Assembly (NCBI GenBank): GCA_002329445.1 | Contig: DCTU01000378.1 | Span: 1 to 37,193 of the forward strand | Direction of reading: 5' to 3' | Length of the DNA stretch: 37,193 nt | From: a bacterium UBP9_UBA1432 | GTDB lineage: Bacteria > Vulcanimicrobiota > Xenobia > Xenobiales > Xenobiaceae | Part shown: positions 24,466 through 32,219 of the stretch, piece after piece | Layout of the letters: the number at the start of each line of letters is the position of its first letter | How positions within the stretch are numbered: the stretch's first letter is position 1 | Notes under the pieces: generated by a model | What the model was told of the DNA's origin: nothing | The model's input: the letters and a program-made list of their open reading frames with translations, nothing else | Databases searched by the model: none | Made by a program: the position numbers and the translations under genes

Positions 24466-25536
24466 TCAAGGCGCAGGCCGACTTGCGACGAGCTCAGCCA
24501 GGTCGGTCCGGTTCTTCTCGATGGTGTAGCGCAGGGTTCCCAGGTTGGCCCCGGCCTTGCCCGAGACGACCAGCAGGTGGCGGGCGTCTACCTGCTGGAC
24601 CACGAAGAGCCCTCCCCCGGATTCCAGGACCCAGCTCTTGAAGTCCGGACGATAGGCGCGCAGCACCCCGACCCCATCCAGCACGTCTTGAAGCAGGGTG
24701 CCGAGTTCCTCCGGGAAGCCCACCTTCCAGACCAGGCCGAAGTCCTCCGCCAGCAGCAGCGAGCCCAGCACCCCTCGGGTCCGCCCCAGCCGCCCCAGGA
24801 CCTCGTCGACCTGAAGGCTGATCCCGGCATAGAAGCCCTGCAAGGCCTCGGGGGAAGCCGCGATGGCGAGCGGCTCGTCCGATGGCAAAGCCTTGGCGGT
24901 CTCGGGAAACGGGCCGGTTTCCGGCGGTTCGGCCGCGGGTGCGACCTCCGCGGGTTCCACCTCCAGGGCCAGCTTCTCCCAACCCTCAAGGCATTCCAGC
25001 AAGACCTGGACCCGCTCGACCCGCTTGCGGGACTCCTCGAGATGGTATTGGAGGATCGGCTCGGCATCCGGCGCAGAGGCCAGGATTCGATACTGATCGA
25101 CCTCACTGGCCATGGCCTCCCGTTCGGCCTCCAACAGGCGACGCTGTTCCGCCAGGTCCTTCCGCGAGGGGACGAAACTCAGCCGAGGCTGGAGATCCGC
25201 AGGCACCGGCTCGCGAGAGTTCAGAGCCACCAGGAGTGCGTGGCCCAGGACGTGCAGCGGCTCCAGCTCGAAAAGCCGTCGCAGTTCGTCGTAGGCTTCC
25301 AGGAAATGGCGCTGGCGGGCAAAGAGCTGCGCCAGGCCGAACCGGGCTTCGATCCGGGGCTGGCTTCCCAGCACGGTCTGGAAATGCTGCAAGGCCTCCA
25401 GACGCAGGTCCCGCTTCAGGCACATCTGGGCGCAGACCAGCAAGGCCTCAAGGTCTCCCGGCGCCTCGCGGGCAGCCATTCGAGCCTCTTCGAGCTGTTG
25501 CTCCATGGTGGTCAATGTCTCCATCTTCCTGGTCAA
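24466..25536 (-). CDS. TPR / coiled-coil protein with C-terminal Roadblock/LC7 (MglB-like) domain
   Basis: 356 aa. The N-terminus has TPR-like helices (LEALQHFQTVLGSQPRIEARFGLAQLFARQRHFLEAYDELRRLFELEP), followed by a central acidic/Pro linker. The C-terminal Roadblock pattern is GVLGSLLLAEDFGLVWKV...WVLESGGGLFVVQQVDARHLLVVSGKAGANLGTLRYTIEKN. Confidence 0.75.
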   Translation of the reverse strand: MTRKMETLTTMEQQLEEARMAAREAPGDLEALLVCAQMCLKRDLRLEALQHFQTVLGSQPRIEARFGLAQLFARQRHFLEAYDELRRLFELEPLHVLGHALLVALNSREPVPADLQPRLSFVPSRKDLAEQRRLLEAEREAMASEVDQYRILASAPDAEPILQYHLEESRKRVERVQVLLECLEGWEKLALEVEPAEVAPAAEPPETGPFPETAKALPSDEPLAIAASPEALQGFYAGISLQVDEVLGRLGRTRGVLGSLLLAEDFGLVWKVGFPEELGTLLQDVLDGVGVLRAYRPDFKSWVLESGGGLFVVQQVDARHLLVVSGKAGANLGTLRYTIEKNRTDLAELVASRPAP

Positions 25537-27122
25537 GCCTCGCTCTCTCCAACTTCATTCCGCTTGCAGGGCAGGACGAAAGTAAACCGGCTCCCCTTCT
25601 CTGCAGGGCTCTCAGCCCAGATGGTCCCCCCATGCCCTTCCACGATATAACGGGCGTTGGCCAACCCCAGGCCCGTGCCGCCGGTCCTGCGGGTGAGGGA
25701 GTTGTCCACCCGGTAGAACCTGTCGAAGACAAAGGGGATCTTGTCCCTGGGGATCCCGATTCCCTGGTCTTCGACGGAAACCCGGATGCCCTGGGCTTCG
25801 CCCCGGACCAGGACTCGGACGTCCCCCCCGTCGGGACTGTATTTCACGCTGTTGGACACGAGGTTGACCAGGACCTGGGTGAGCAGGTCCCCATCCGCCT
25901 CCAGGGGGGGGAGCTCTCCCTCCACCCGCAACTCGAAGTGAAACCCCGGATAGCGCTCCGAGAATCCAGCGAGGACCGACGCGGCCAGTTGGTCCAGAAG
26001 AACCGGAGCAGGCTGCAGGCGGAACTGCCCGGACTCCAGGCGCGACAGGGTCAGGAGGTCTTCGATCAAGCGTTGCAGGCGCTGGGCCTCGGTCAGGCTG
26101 ATGGACAGGTACTGTTCCTGGCGAGGTCGGTCATACTCGCGGTTCAGCATCAGCTCCAGGAAGCCCGAGACCGTGGTCAGGGGGGTCTTCAGCTCGTGGG
26201 AGACGGCAGAGAGAAACTCCGACTTCATCCTTTCGACCCGCACCCGCTCGGTGACATCGTGCAGAAGGAGCACCAGCCCCTCGGGAGCGACCGGGTCTGC
26301 CCCCAGGGAGGTGGCCGTGACGCGCAGGACCGTGTTCCCCGCCTCCGAGTGGAGCTTGATGTCGGCTTCAAAGACCCCGCCCGGCCCCGAGGCCGCCTGA
26401 CGCACCACGTGCAGGGGCAGGTGGGGGAGGATGTCGGAGAGAGGCATCCCGGGCGCGTCCTGGTGCAGCCCCAGAAGACGCCGAGCCGCATCGTTGAGAT
26501 GCGTGACCCCTCCCCCAAGGTCGACCACCAGCACGCCGTCGGCCATGTCCCGGAAGATGGCCCGAAACTTCTGTTGCTCGAGCGCCAGTTGCCGAGACCG
26601 CTCCTGCTCGCTCTGGAAGAGCCTGGCGTTCTCCAGGGCCAGTGAGGCCTGGTCCGCCACCGAAGCGAAGAAATCGAGCTGGCTGCGGCTGAATCGCGTG
26701 GACCCGGCGCGTCGGACCATCATGACCCCGATCACGCCCTCCCGGCTGCGCAGAGGCGTGCACAAGGAGGATGAGATCTCATCCTGGCGGGGAACCAGGT
26801 TGCGGAAGCGCGGATCCTCGATCCTGCCGTTCAGGAGCAGCATCTCACCGGTCCGCGCCACCCATCCGGCAATCCCCTGGCCCAACGGGACCACGGTGTT
26901 CTCGACCACCTCCGGGGGCAATCCCCGCGCGCGCCGAATGCGAAGGTGGTCGTCCTGGATCAGCATGATCGAACCGGCGTCCGCCTGGAAGAGGTCCAGG
27001 GTCATGCCCAGGATGAGATCCAGCACCTCATCCGGCTCCAGGGTGGAATTCAAAGCCCGGCCGATCTCGTAGAGTGCAGCCAACTGCTCCCGGGGCCGGC
27101 TCTCCTGTCCCCCGACCATCAC
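25533..27122 (-). CDS. Cytoplasmic GAF-PAS sensor histidine kinase
   Basis: 529 aa with no TM segment. It has an N-terminal GAF-like region and a central PAS-like region. The HisKA H-box is FLSAVSHELKTPLTTV. The HATPase N/G boxes are LVNLVSNSVKYS, DQGIGIP and GTGLGLANARYIVEGHGG. Its stop overlaps the downstream start (ATGA). Confidence 0.92.
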   Translation of the reverse strand: MMVGGQESRPREQLAALYEIGRALNSTLEPDEVLDLILGMTLDLFQADAGSIMLIQDDHLRIRRARGLPPEVVENTVVPLGQGIAGWVARTGEMLLLNGRIEDPRFRNLVPRQDEISSSLCTPLRSREGVIGVMMVRRAGSTRFSRSQLDFFASVADQASLALENARLFQSEQERSRQLALEQQKFRAIFRDMADGVLVVDLGGGVTHLNDAARRLLGLHQDAPGMPLSDILPHLPLHVVRQAASGPGGVFEADIKLHSEAGNTVLRVTATSLGADPVAPEGLVLLLHDVTERVRVERMKSEFLSAVSHELKTPLTTVSGFLELMLNREYDRPRQEQYLSISLTEAQRLQRLIEDLLTLSRLESGQFRLQPAPVLLDQLAASVLAGFSERYPGFHFELRVEGELPPLEADGDLLTQVLVNLVSNSVKYSPDGGDVRVLVRGEAQGIRVSVEDQGIGIPRDKIPFVFDRFYRVDNSLTRRTGGTGLGLANARYIVEGHGGTIWAESPAEKGSRFTFVLPCKRNEVGESEA

Positions 27123-27505
27123 TCGTCCGCAGACGAGAGGCCCCGCAGGTGCTCCCGGACCACCGAGGCGAGCTGCAGGGGACTGAACGGCTTGGTCACG
27201 TAGCCTTGGGCGCCGACCTCACGAGCGTGCTGCCGGTCAGCTTCCATGGCCTTGGCCGTGAACATGATCACGATGATTCCGCGGGTCAGCGGGTCGGCTT
27301 TGAGGCGCCGACACACTTCGAAGCCGTCGACCCGGGGCATCATCACATCCAGGAGGAGGATCTCGGGCTGATGGCGACGCGCGGCGGCCAGGGCCGCCTC
27401 CCCGTCGGGGGCGTCCAGGACCTCAACGCCGAACTCTTCCAGGCTGACCCGGACCAGTTCGACGATATGGGCTTCATCGTCTGCGACGAGGATCCGGTGG
27501 GGCAT
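27119..27505 (-). CDS. Stand-alone CheY-like response regulator receiver
   Basis: 128 aa. The acidic pocket is ILVADDE, the phospho-acceptor context LLLDVMMPRVDG, with FTAKA and the conserved Lys in YVTKPF. There is no output domain. Confidence 0.92.
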   Translation of the reverse strand: MPHRILVADDEAHIVELVRVSLEEFGVEVLDAPDGEAALAAARRHQPEILLLDVMMPRVDGFEVCRRLKADPLTRGIIVIMFTAKAMEADRQHAREVGAQGYVTKPFSPLQLASVVREHLRGLSSADE

Positions 27506-27513
27506 GGAATTCC

Positions 27514-27870
27514 TCAGGCCAGGCTGGATTCGACGGCCTTCCTGTTCTTGCGCAGCTCAAGCCGGATGCGGCCCAGGTTCGCCGTGGGGGCAGCCGCCAC
27601 CGCCAGGGCGTGGCCGCCCTCCAGGATCTCGACGATGACCTGGAAGTCCTCAAACTCCAGAGCCTGCTGGGTCAAGGTCCCCTGGTTCAAGGAACCGGTC
27701 AGTCGATCCGCGATGCCCAGACTGCGATGCACCGCTTCGGACAGGAGCTGGTGATCCGGAAAGTCGACCAGATGATGAGCCCGCACCTGGCCATCCCGAG
27801 ACAGGACCACCGCGCCGTGGACACCGTCCAGGCGGGAGAAGGCTTCGAGGATGTCAGCGGTATCGGACAC
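27514..27870 (-). CDS. Roadblock/LC7 (MglB-like) domain protein
   Basis: 118 aa. The single-domain pattern is FSRLDGVHGAVVLSRDGQVRAH...EFEDFQVIVEILEGGHALAVAAAPTANLGRIRLELRKN. This is the first gene of the operon. Confidence 0.85.
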   Translation of the reverse strand: MSDTADILEAFSRLDGVHGAVVLSRDGQVRAHHLVDFPDHQLLSEAVHRSLGIADRLTGSLNQGTLTQQALEFEDFQVIVEILEGGHALAVAAAPTANLGRIRLELRKNRKAVESSLA

Positions 27871-28030
27871 GGGCGACCTCCAGACTCAGGCGGGGCCCAT
27901 TCTTGCAGAAAAGGGAAGATCCTGCGTGCGCCGGGCCTCGGGCATCGTTCACATCCAGTTCACCAACGGCAGGGGGCTCCCCTCTTATAGTCAAAGAGAG
28001 TCCTCGATTCTTGAAAAGGCGGCTCAGGAG

Positions 28031-28678
28031 ATGCAGATCCGCTCGAACCCCTACCCCGTCCACTTCAACCGCGTGGACAACGCGCTGGAGGCCATGGCGT
28101 CCCCCTCCGCCGATGCCGTGTCGAATCTGGTCACCGGCCAGATGCTGAACCGGACCCCCGTGGTGGACGTCTTCAACCGGATTCAGGCCCCCGACGGCAC
28201 CGAGACGCAGGTGAACTACCGGCTGGAGAAGACCTTTCAGGGGCTCCGGATTTCCGGCCAGGCCGGCGAAGAGCCCCTGGAGGAGACGGTCCTGAGCCAT
28301 CCGATGGGTCTCCAGGTGCAAGGTCGCATCGGAGACTCCCAGGACCGGATGCGAATCGACACCCTCATGGGAGGGTTCGGCTATTCCGGTCAGGTCGGCG
28401 ACATCCCGGTACGCCAGCAACTGGGCCTCAACCCCTGGACATTGGGCTTCCAGTTGACGGGCCACTTCGGTTCGGTCGCGCTGCACCTCGCCGGTCAACC
28501 GGATCCGCGGGGTTCGGTCACCCACCTGCAGGGGACCTTGGATGGCCGTCCGATCACGGGCAGCATCCGAGGAGGCGACTCTCCGGAGACGATCCTCCTG
28601 ACCCGGCAATTCGAAGGCTACAACTGGGTCCAAGAAATCCGCCCCCAGTCGGGCTCGCAATCCCAAGGAGCCAGGTGA
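28031..28678 (+). CDS. Hypothetical protein (beta-rich, no signal peptide)
   Basis: 215 aa from MQIRSNPYPVHF. GC3 is very high throughout. There are no recognisable motifs. An in-frame ATG at 27851 is possible but would overlap the divergent gene, and that segment has lower GC3. Confidence 0.6.
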   Translation: MQIRSNPYPVHFNRVDNALEAMASPSADAVSNLVTGQMLNRTPVVDVFNRIQAPDGTETQVNYRLEKTFQGLRISGQAGEEPLEETVLSHPMGLQVQGRIGDSQDRMRIDTLMGGFGYSGQVGDIPVRQQLGLNPWTLGFQLTGHFGSVALHLAGQPDPRGSVTHLQGTLDGRPITGSIRGGDSPETILLTRQFEGYNWVQEIRPQSGSQSQGAR

Positions 28679-28682
28679 CGCC

Positions 28683-30095
28683 ATGAACGTGAACTTGAAC
28701 CCCAGCGCAATCGGCCTGGGTCCGCCCCAAACCACCCCCGCCAAGCCTCCGGCTCCGGCCTCCGGCCCCGCAGACCGCTTCGAGAACGCGCCGTCGGCCG
28801 AAGACCCCGACCGCTTGCGACGAGCGGCCAGGACCCTCACCCAGGGCAACCGCCTGAAGAAGTCGGAATCCAACTACCGACCCACGGCCTGGTCGCGCGC
28901 CTCGGACGGAACGCTCTACATCAGCTATGGCCAGAGTGGTCAGGGCAAGTCGGCCTACCTGGCTGCCGTGGACCCCAACGGAAGGATCGCCTGGGAGCTT
29001 CCTCTCGGCGAAAACCGGATCTCCCACGTGGGGGTTGCTCCCGATGGCCGGATCCATCTGGGAACCCCAGAAGGTCAACTGATCTGCACGGCCGATGGAC
29101 GCCTGGCTGAAACGCGCACGGGTGGCCCCGCCATTCGAGCGCACCACCAGGATGGAACCGGCATGCGCCTCGAGCACCTTCAAGACGGCGAGGCCTTGCG
29201 CGCGGTCTCGCCGGACGGACAGGAGGTAGCCCTTCCTGCCCCGCTCCTCGGCGTTCGGGCCCGCTCCATCCAGCCGACTCCGGAGGGGGGCCTGATGGTC
29301 CTGACGAGCGGCCACGCGGTCCGCCTGGCCCCCGGCGGTGCCAGCGCAACGGCCACGCCCCTCCCCACCTGGCCGGCGGAGGACAGGCTCAGCTACTCCA
29401 CCGAGAGGGCGTGGGGCCTGAGGGACGGAGACGTGCTGGTGCAGCGCAACAGCTACCTGACCATGCGCTCTCCTCGCGGCGGGATGTTTGGAATGCCCGG
29501 AATGGGCCGGCACTTCGATCCGGACAGCCGCATGCCCACCACCCTGACGCGCACGGCCTTCATCCGCCTGGCCGCAGACGGGACCCAGAAATGGGCGACC
29601 GGAGAGTTCTCGGACACGACCCGGTTCGCGGTCAACCCGGACGGCAGCCTCTTCTTCAACGACGGCGGCAAGGAAGTCCGGATCGTCGACCCCGAGGGGA
29701 AGCCCACGAAGGTTGCCGACCTTTCGGCGCGCGCCGACGCATTCCGCAGCGGTGTCCGACCTGGGACCCTGCTGGTCCGGCACGAGGACCGCATCGCCCG
29801 GCTGGGAGCCGACGGAGCCAGCCTGGCCGAGGTCCGGCTGGACCCGTCGCGCTCGAAGTTCCAACTGGAGGGGGATCTGGAAGACGGCCGGATCCTGTTC
29901 CGCGAAGGCCCCGTGCTGTGGTCATGTGACCCGACTTCGGCGACCTGGACGCGGCTGACCGACCTGGAGGTCGATCACAGCACCCGTCCCGAGGACCTCG
30001 TGGCCCCGGCCCCTCCCGAACAGGCAGGAACCATCGAGAAGGGGGACGACTGGATCGTCATCGGTGGCGTCCGCCTGCCCCGCCGCGAATCCTGA
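28683..30095 (+). CDS. Hypothetical beta-propeller-like repeat protein with disordered Pro-rich N-terminus
   Basis: 470 aa, starting 4 nt after the upstream stop. It contains at least 10 short [DN]-x-[DE]G-x-hydrophobic strand motifs (SDGTLYIS, DPNGRIAW, APDGRIHL, TADGRLA, SPDGQEVAL, AADGTQKW, NPDGSLFF, DPEGKPT, GADGASLA, LEDGRILF). These are typical of PD40/PQQ-like propellers. There is no signal peptide. Confidence 0.7.
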   Translation: MNVNLNPSAIGLGPPQTTPAKPPAPASGPADRFENAPSAEDPDRLRRAARTLTQGNRLKKSESNYRPTAWSRASDGTLYISYGQSGQGKSAYLAAVDPNGRIAWELPLGENRISHVGVAPDGRIHLGTPEGQLICTADGRLAETRTGGPAIRAHHQDGTGMRLEHLQDGEALRAVSPDGQEVALPAPLLGVRARSIQPTPEGGLMVLTSGHAVRLAPGGASATATPLPTWPAEDRLSYSTERAWGLRDGDVLVQRNSYLTMRSPRGGMFGMPGMGRHFDPDSRMPTTLTRTAFIRLAADGTQKWATGEFSDTTRFAVNPDGSLFFNDGGKEVRIVDPEGKPTKVADLSARADAFRSGVRPGTLLVRHEDRIARLGADGASLAEVRLDPSRSKFQLEGDLEDGRILFREGPVLWSCDPTSATWTRLTDLEVDHSTRPEDLVAPAPPEQAGTIEKGDDWIVIGGVRLPRRES

Positions 30096-30119
30096 GACGC
30101 CTGAGAGCCCGACGTGAGC

Positions 30120-30149
30120 GAACGAGGCGCCCTGCGGGGCGCCTCGTTC
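30120..30149. terminator. Bidirectional terminator-like hairpin between convergent genes
   Basis: A 13-bp perfect GC-rich stem (gaacgaggcgccc / gggcgcctcgttc) with a 4-nt loop (tgcg), followed by ttgtg on the + strand. It lies between the stops at 30095 (+) and 30222 (-). Confidence 0.65.
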
Positions 30150-30221
30150 TTGTGATATCGAGGGGTGCGGCCCCCTGGGACCCAGACGGAAACCCCTCGG
30201 TCGAGATTTCCGTTCGAACTC

Positions 30222-31109
30222 CTAGACGGGGCGGATGGTGATCAGGTCCCCCTCCTTGATGCCCATCTTCTTGATCATCGCCGGGGCCAGGCCTGCATAG
30301 CCACCCATCTTGCGTGCCGCCTGACACTTGTATTCGTAGAGATCACCGTCCGAGGTCTCCAATTCCACGTTGAAGGTGGTCTTGGCGTCCAGGCCCCACT
30401 CGCGAACGATGTATTCATCCACCTTCACGATGTCGCCGGCTCGGAAGAAGGTCCCATCCTGCCGTGCGATGAGCTGCTTGATCTTCTCAAGCTCCTCCTC
30501 CTTCTGACGGCGGCGGTTCTCGATCTCGGTCGCCTTCTCGGCGTAGACGTTGAGGGTGGCCCCGTTCTTGTGGACGTAGTCCAGCAGCTCACTGACGGCG
30601 TCGGTGCCACACAGGACCTGACCATACTCGCGGCTGAAGCGGTCGGTGACCAGCTCTCCCCGATTCATGAGCAGGAAGTGGGTCCCCTCCCGGCTGGCCA
30701 TCTTGATGATCCCGCTGTATTCCCCGGTCTCGAGGTTGGTCAGGACCTTCTTTAGCTCGCGACGCTTGACCTCATAGTCCAGGTACAGAGGCTGGAAGGC
30801 GAAGAGCCCGCCCAAGACGCTCACGATCGGGCCCGAAGCCACGTAACTGGACACCGCCAGGTCGCGATTCTTGATCCGGTTCAGAAGACGGGGCAGCAGG
30901 TGGACCGAGGCACTTCCGCTGGCCGGATCGACCTCCATGGCCCGGACCAGGTTCCCCTCGGAGTAGAAGACCAGCCCCGAGGAATCCTGGAGGTCCAGCT
31001 TCACGTAACCCGTGAAGCCATCCTCCACCAGGTTGGTGAGCATGGTGTTGATGTCCGAGTACGGGAGCGTCTCGTCCTCGATCAGGATGTTGCCTTTGGG
31101 GACCTGCAA
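30222..31109 (-). CDS. Cytoplasmic protein with two PATAN/DUF4388-like modules and a C-terminal small beta-barrel (AbrB/CDC48-N-like) domain; function unknown
   Basis: 295 aa. Module 1 is LPYSDINTMLTNLVEDGFTGYVKLDLQDSSGLVFYSEGNLVRA. Module 2 is LKKVLTNLETGEYSGIIKMASREGTHFLLMNRGELV. A coiled-coil follows (ENRRRQKEEELEKIKQL). The C-terminus AGLAPAMIKKMGIKEGDLITIRPV resembles swapped-hairpin or double-psi barrel ends. The CDS call is firm; the domain naming is tentative. Confidence 0.7.
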   Translation of the reverse strand: MQVPKGNILIEDETLPYSDINTMLTNLVEDGFTGYVKLDLQDSSGLVFYSEGNLVRAMEVDPASGSASVHLLPRLLNRIKNRDLAVSSYVASGPIVSVLGGLFAFQPLYLDYEVKRRELKKVLTNLETGEYSGIIKMASREGTHFLLMNRGELVTDRFSREYGQVLCGTDAVSELLDYVHKNGATLNVYAEKATEIENRRRQKEEELEKIKQLIARQDGTFFRAGDIVKVDEYIVREWGLDAKTTFNVELETSDGDLYEYKCQAARKMGGYAGLAPAMIKKMGIKEGDLITIRPV

Positions 31110-31139
31110 GTTCCGAATCCTCCTGGATAGACTGGGGGG

Positions 31140-32219
31140 CTACTCTTCTTCGGTCTGAGGCGGGGGAGGCTTGGGCCGCCCCTCCTCACGCTTGAGCTCG
31201 AGGGAGATGGTTCGTGGGCGCCCCGTCTCAGAATCGACGGGTGTCGGCGGGGTTGAAGCCGCGACGGGAGGGGGCGGAGTCGGGCCCAACTGAATCCTGG
31301 GAGGAGGAGCCGGAGGCCCGGAGGGCTGACCGCTGGGAGGCTCGGACGCGGGCGGGGATTGAGACTCCGACGAAGCCTTGCTCAAGAGGGCCTTCCAGGG
31401 GTCCTCCTCCACCTCGGCCTTCGGCGCGCCAGGGGGCTCTGCGGGAGCCGTCTGCCCCAGAAGCTTCTTCCAGGGGTCTTCCTCGGCACCCTTCAGCGAC
31501 ACCCGCGCCGGAGGTGCCGGCGGCTCCTCCTCGGCCTGCACCTTGCTCAACAACGCCGCCCAGTCCCCACCAGAGGAGGGGGCCGGAACCGCCGAGGGGA
31601 CTTCCGGGCGACTCTCGGGCAGAACGGATGGGACCGGGGCGGTCTCCTCCGAGCCGATCTGGGCCAGACGCTGGAAGGGGCTGAGCTCCTCGACCTCCTC
31701 CGCGCGTTCGGAGGGGACGGGCTCTTGCAGGCGTGTGAGAGCCGTCGCCCCGGCGGGCCGGGTCAGGGAGGGCTCTTCCAGGGGCCCCGCAGCCCCTTGC
31801 CCGGCGGGTTCCTTCTCGGCGACAGAGGTCTTCCTGAGCAGGGCTTTGAAGGGGTCTTCCTCTTCCAGAGAGGCAGGTGCCTCCTCTCCGGCAGCCGGGG
31901 CCCCCTCCGCGGCCGGCGCTGGCGCCGGCAGGAGGGGCGGGGCCGCAGACCGGCGGTCCACCATTTCCCAGGCGACCAGCGCGACCAGCAGACCGAGAAG
32001 AACCCAGAAGGCTCCCAACAAGGCTCCGGTGTGCGCTCCCAGGCCCCCTGGGGCCTCTTGCGCCAGGGCGGTCCCCGACAAGGCCAGGAAGGCCAGGAGC
32101 AGGTTCCCCCATGCCAGAGCGCGTGGCCCTGCGGAGGGGCCAGTCCAGACGTTCACGTGAGACTCACTGTTCACGACTCTGCTAGACCTCTCTGCCCCAG
32201 TTGTCGGCGGATTCCCCAT
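31140..32219 (-). CDS. Membrane-anchored Pro/Glu-rich protein with repeated DP[WF]KxLL motifs
   Basis: 359 aa if ATG 32219 is used (38-nt overlap with the upstream gene); GTG 32174 and GTG 32156 are alternatives. Two hydrophobic segments are present (ALAWGNLLLAFLALSGTALA, LLGAFWVLLGLLVALVAW), followed by RR and then a low-complexity tail of about 270 aa ending in PPPPQTEEE. The upstream 182 aa of the supplied ORF are antisense-type junk overlapping the TPR gene. Confidence 0.65.
   Translation of the reverse strand: MGNPPTTGAERSSRVVNSESHVNVWTGPSAGPRALAWGNLLLAFLALSGTALAQEAPGGLGAHTGALLGAFWVLLGLLVALVAWEMVDRRSAAPPLLPAPAPAAEGAPAAGEEAPASLEEEDPFKALLRKTSVAEKEPAGQGAAGPLEEPSLTRPAGATALTRLQEPVPSERAEEVEELSPFQRLAQIGSEETAPVPSVLPESRPEVPSAVPAPSSGGDWAALLSKVQAEEEPPAPPARVSLKGAEEDPWKKLLGQTAPAEPPGAPKAEVEEDPWKALLSKASSESQSPPASEPPSGQPSGPPAPPPRIQLGPTPPPPVAASTPPTPVDSETGRPRTISLELKREEGRPKPPPPQTEEE
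31377..31865 (-). repeat. Five dispersed copies of an acidic-aromatic-Leu-Leu peptide motif encoded within CDS 31140..32219
   Basis: The copies are EEEDPFKALLRK, ELSPFQRLAQI, GGDWAALLSKV, EEDPWKKLLGQ and EEDPWKALLSK. The three best copies share gacccctggaag/gaccccttcaaa but use different Leu codons (ctg ctc, ctt ctg, ctc ttg). Confidence 0.75.

Noticed and set aside
19108-24641. Very long plus-strand ORFs 19108..21312 and 21909..24641, and the minus-strand ORF 20864..21973.
   Set aside because: They are antisense or out of frame relative to the P-type ATPase, the O-antigen-ligase::TPR gene and the C39-like gene. All of those have canonical motifs, whereas these translations are low-complexity.
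27851-28030. Longer start (ATG 27851) for the 215-aa hypothetical protein.
   Set aside because: It would overlap the divergent Roadblock gene start by 20 nt. The extra 60 codons also have visibly lower GC3 (about 70 percent) than the rest of the gene. I chose ATG 28031, preceded by aggag, but this is not certain.
27854-29864. Minus-strand ORFs 27854..28873 and 28554..29864 opposite the two hypothetical plus-strand genes.
   Set aside because: The plus-strand frames show much stronger G/C third-position bias, sensible start contexts, a 4-nt operon spacing and a repeat structure. The minus-strand products are Arg/Gly/Pro-rich.
30222-31109. Suspicion that the Lys/Ile-rich PATAN-like gene (and likewise the Asn-rich C39-like gene 21209..21955) is horizontally acquired because it looks less GC-rich.
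   Set aside because: Third codon positions are still overwhelmingly G/C, as in neighbouring genes. The lower overall GC comes from amino-acid composition, not from foreign codon usage.
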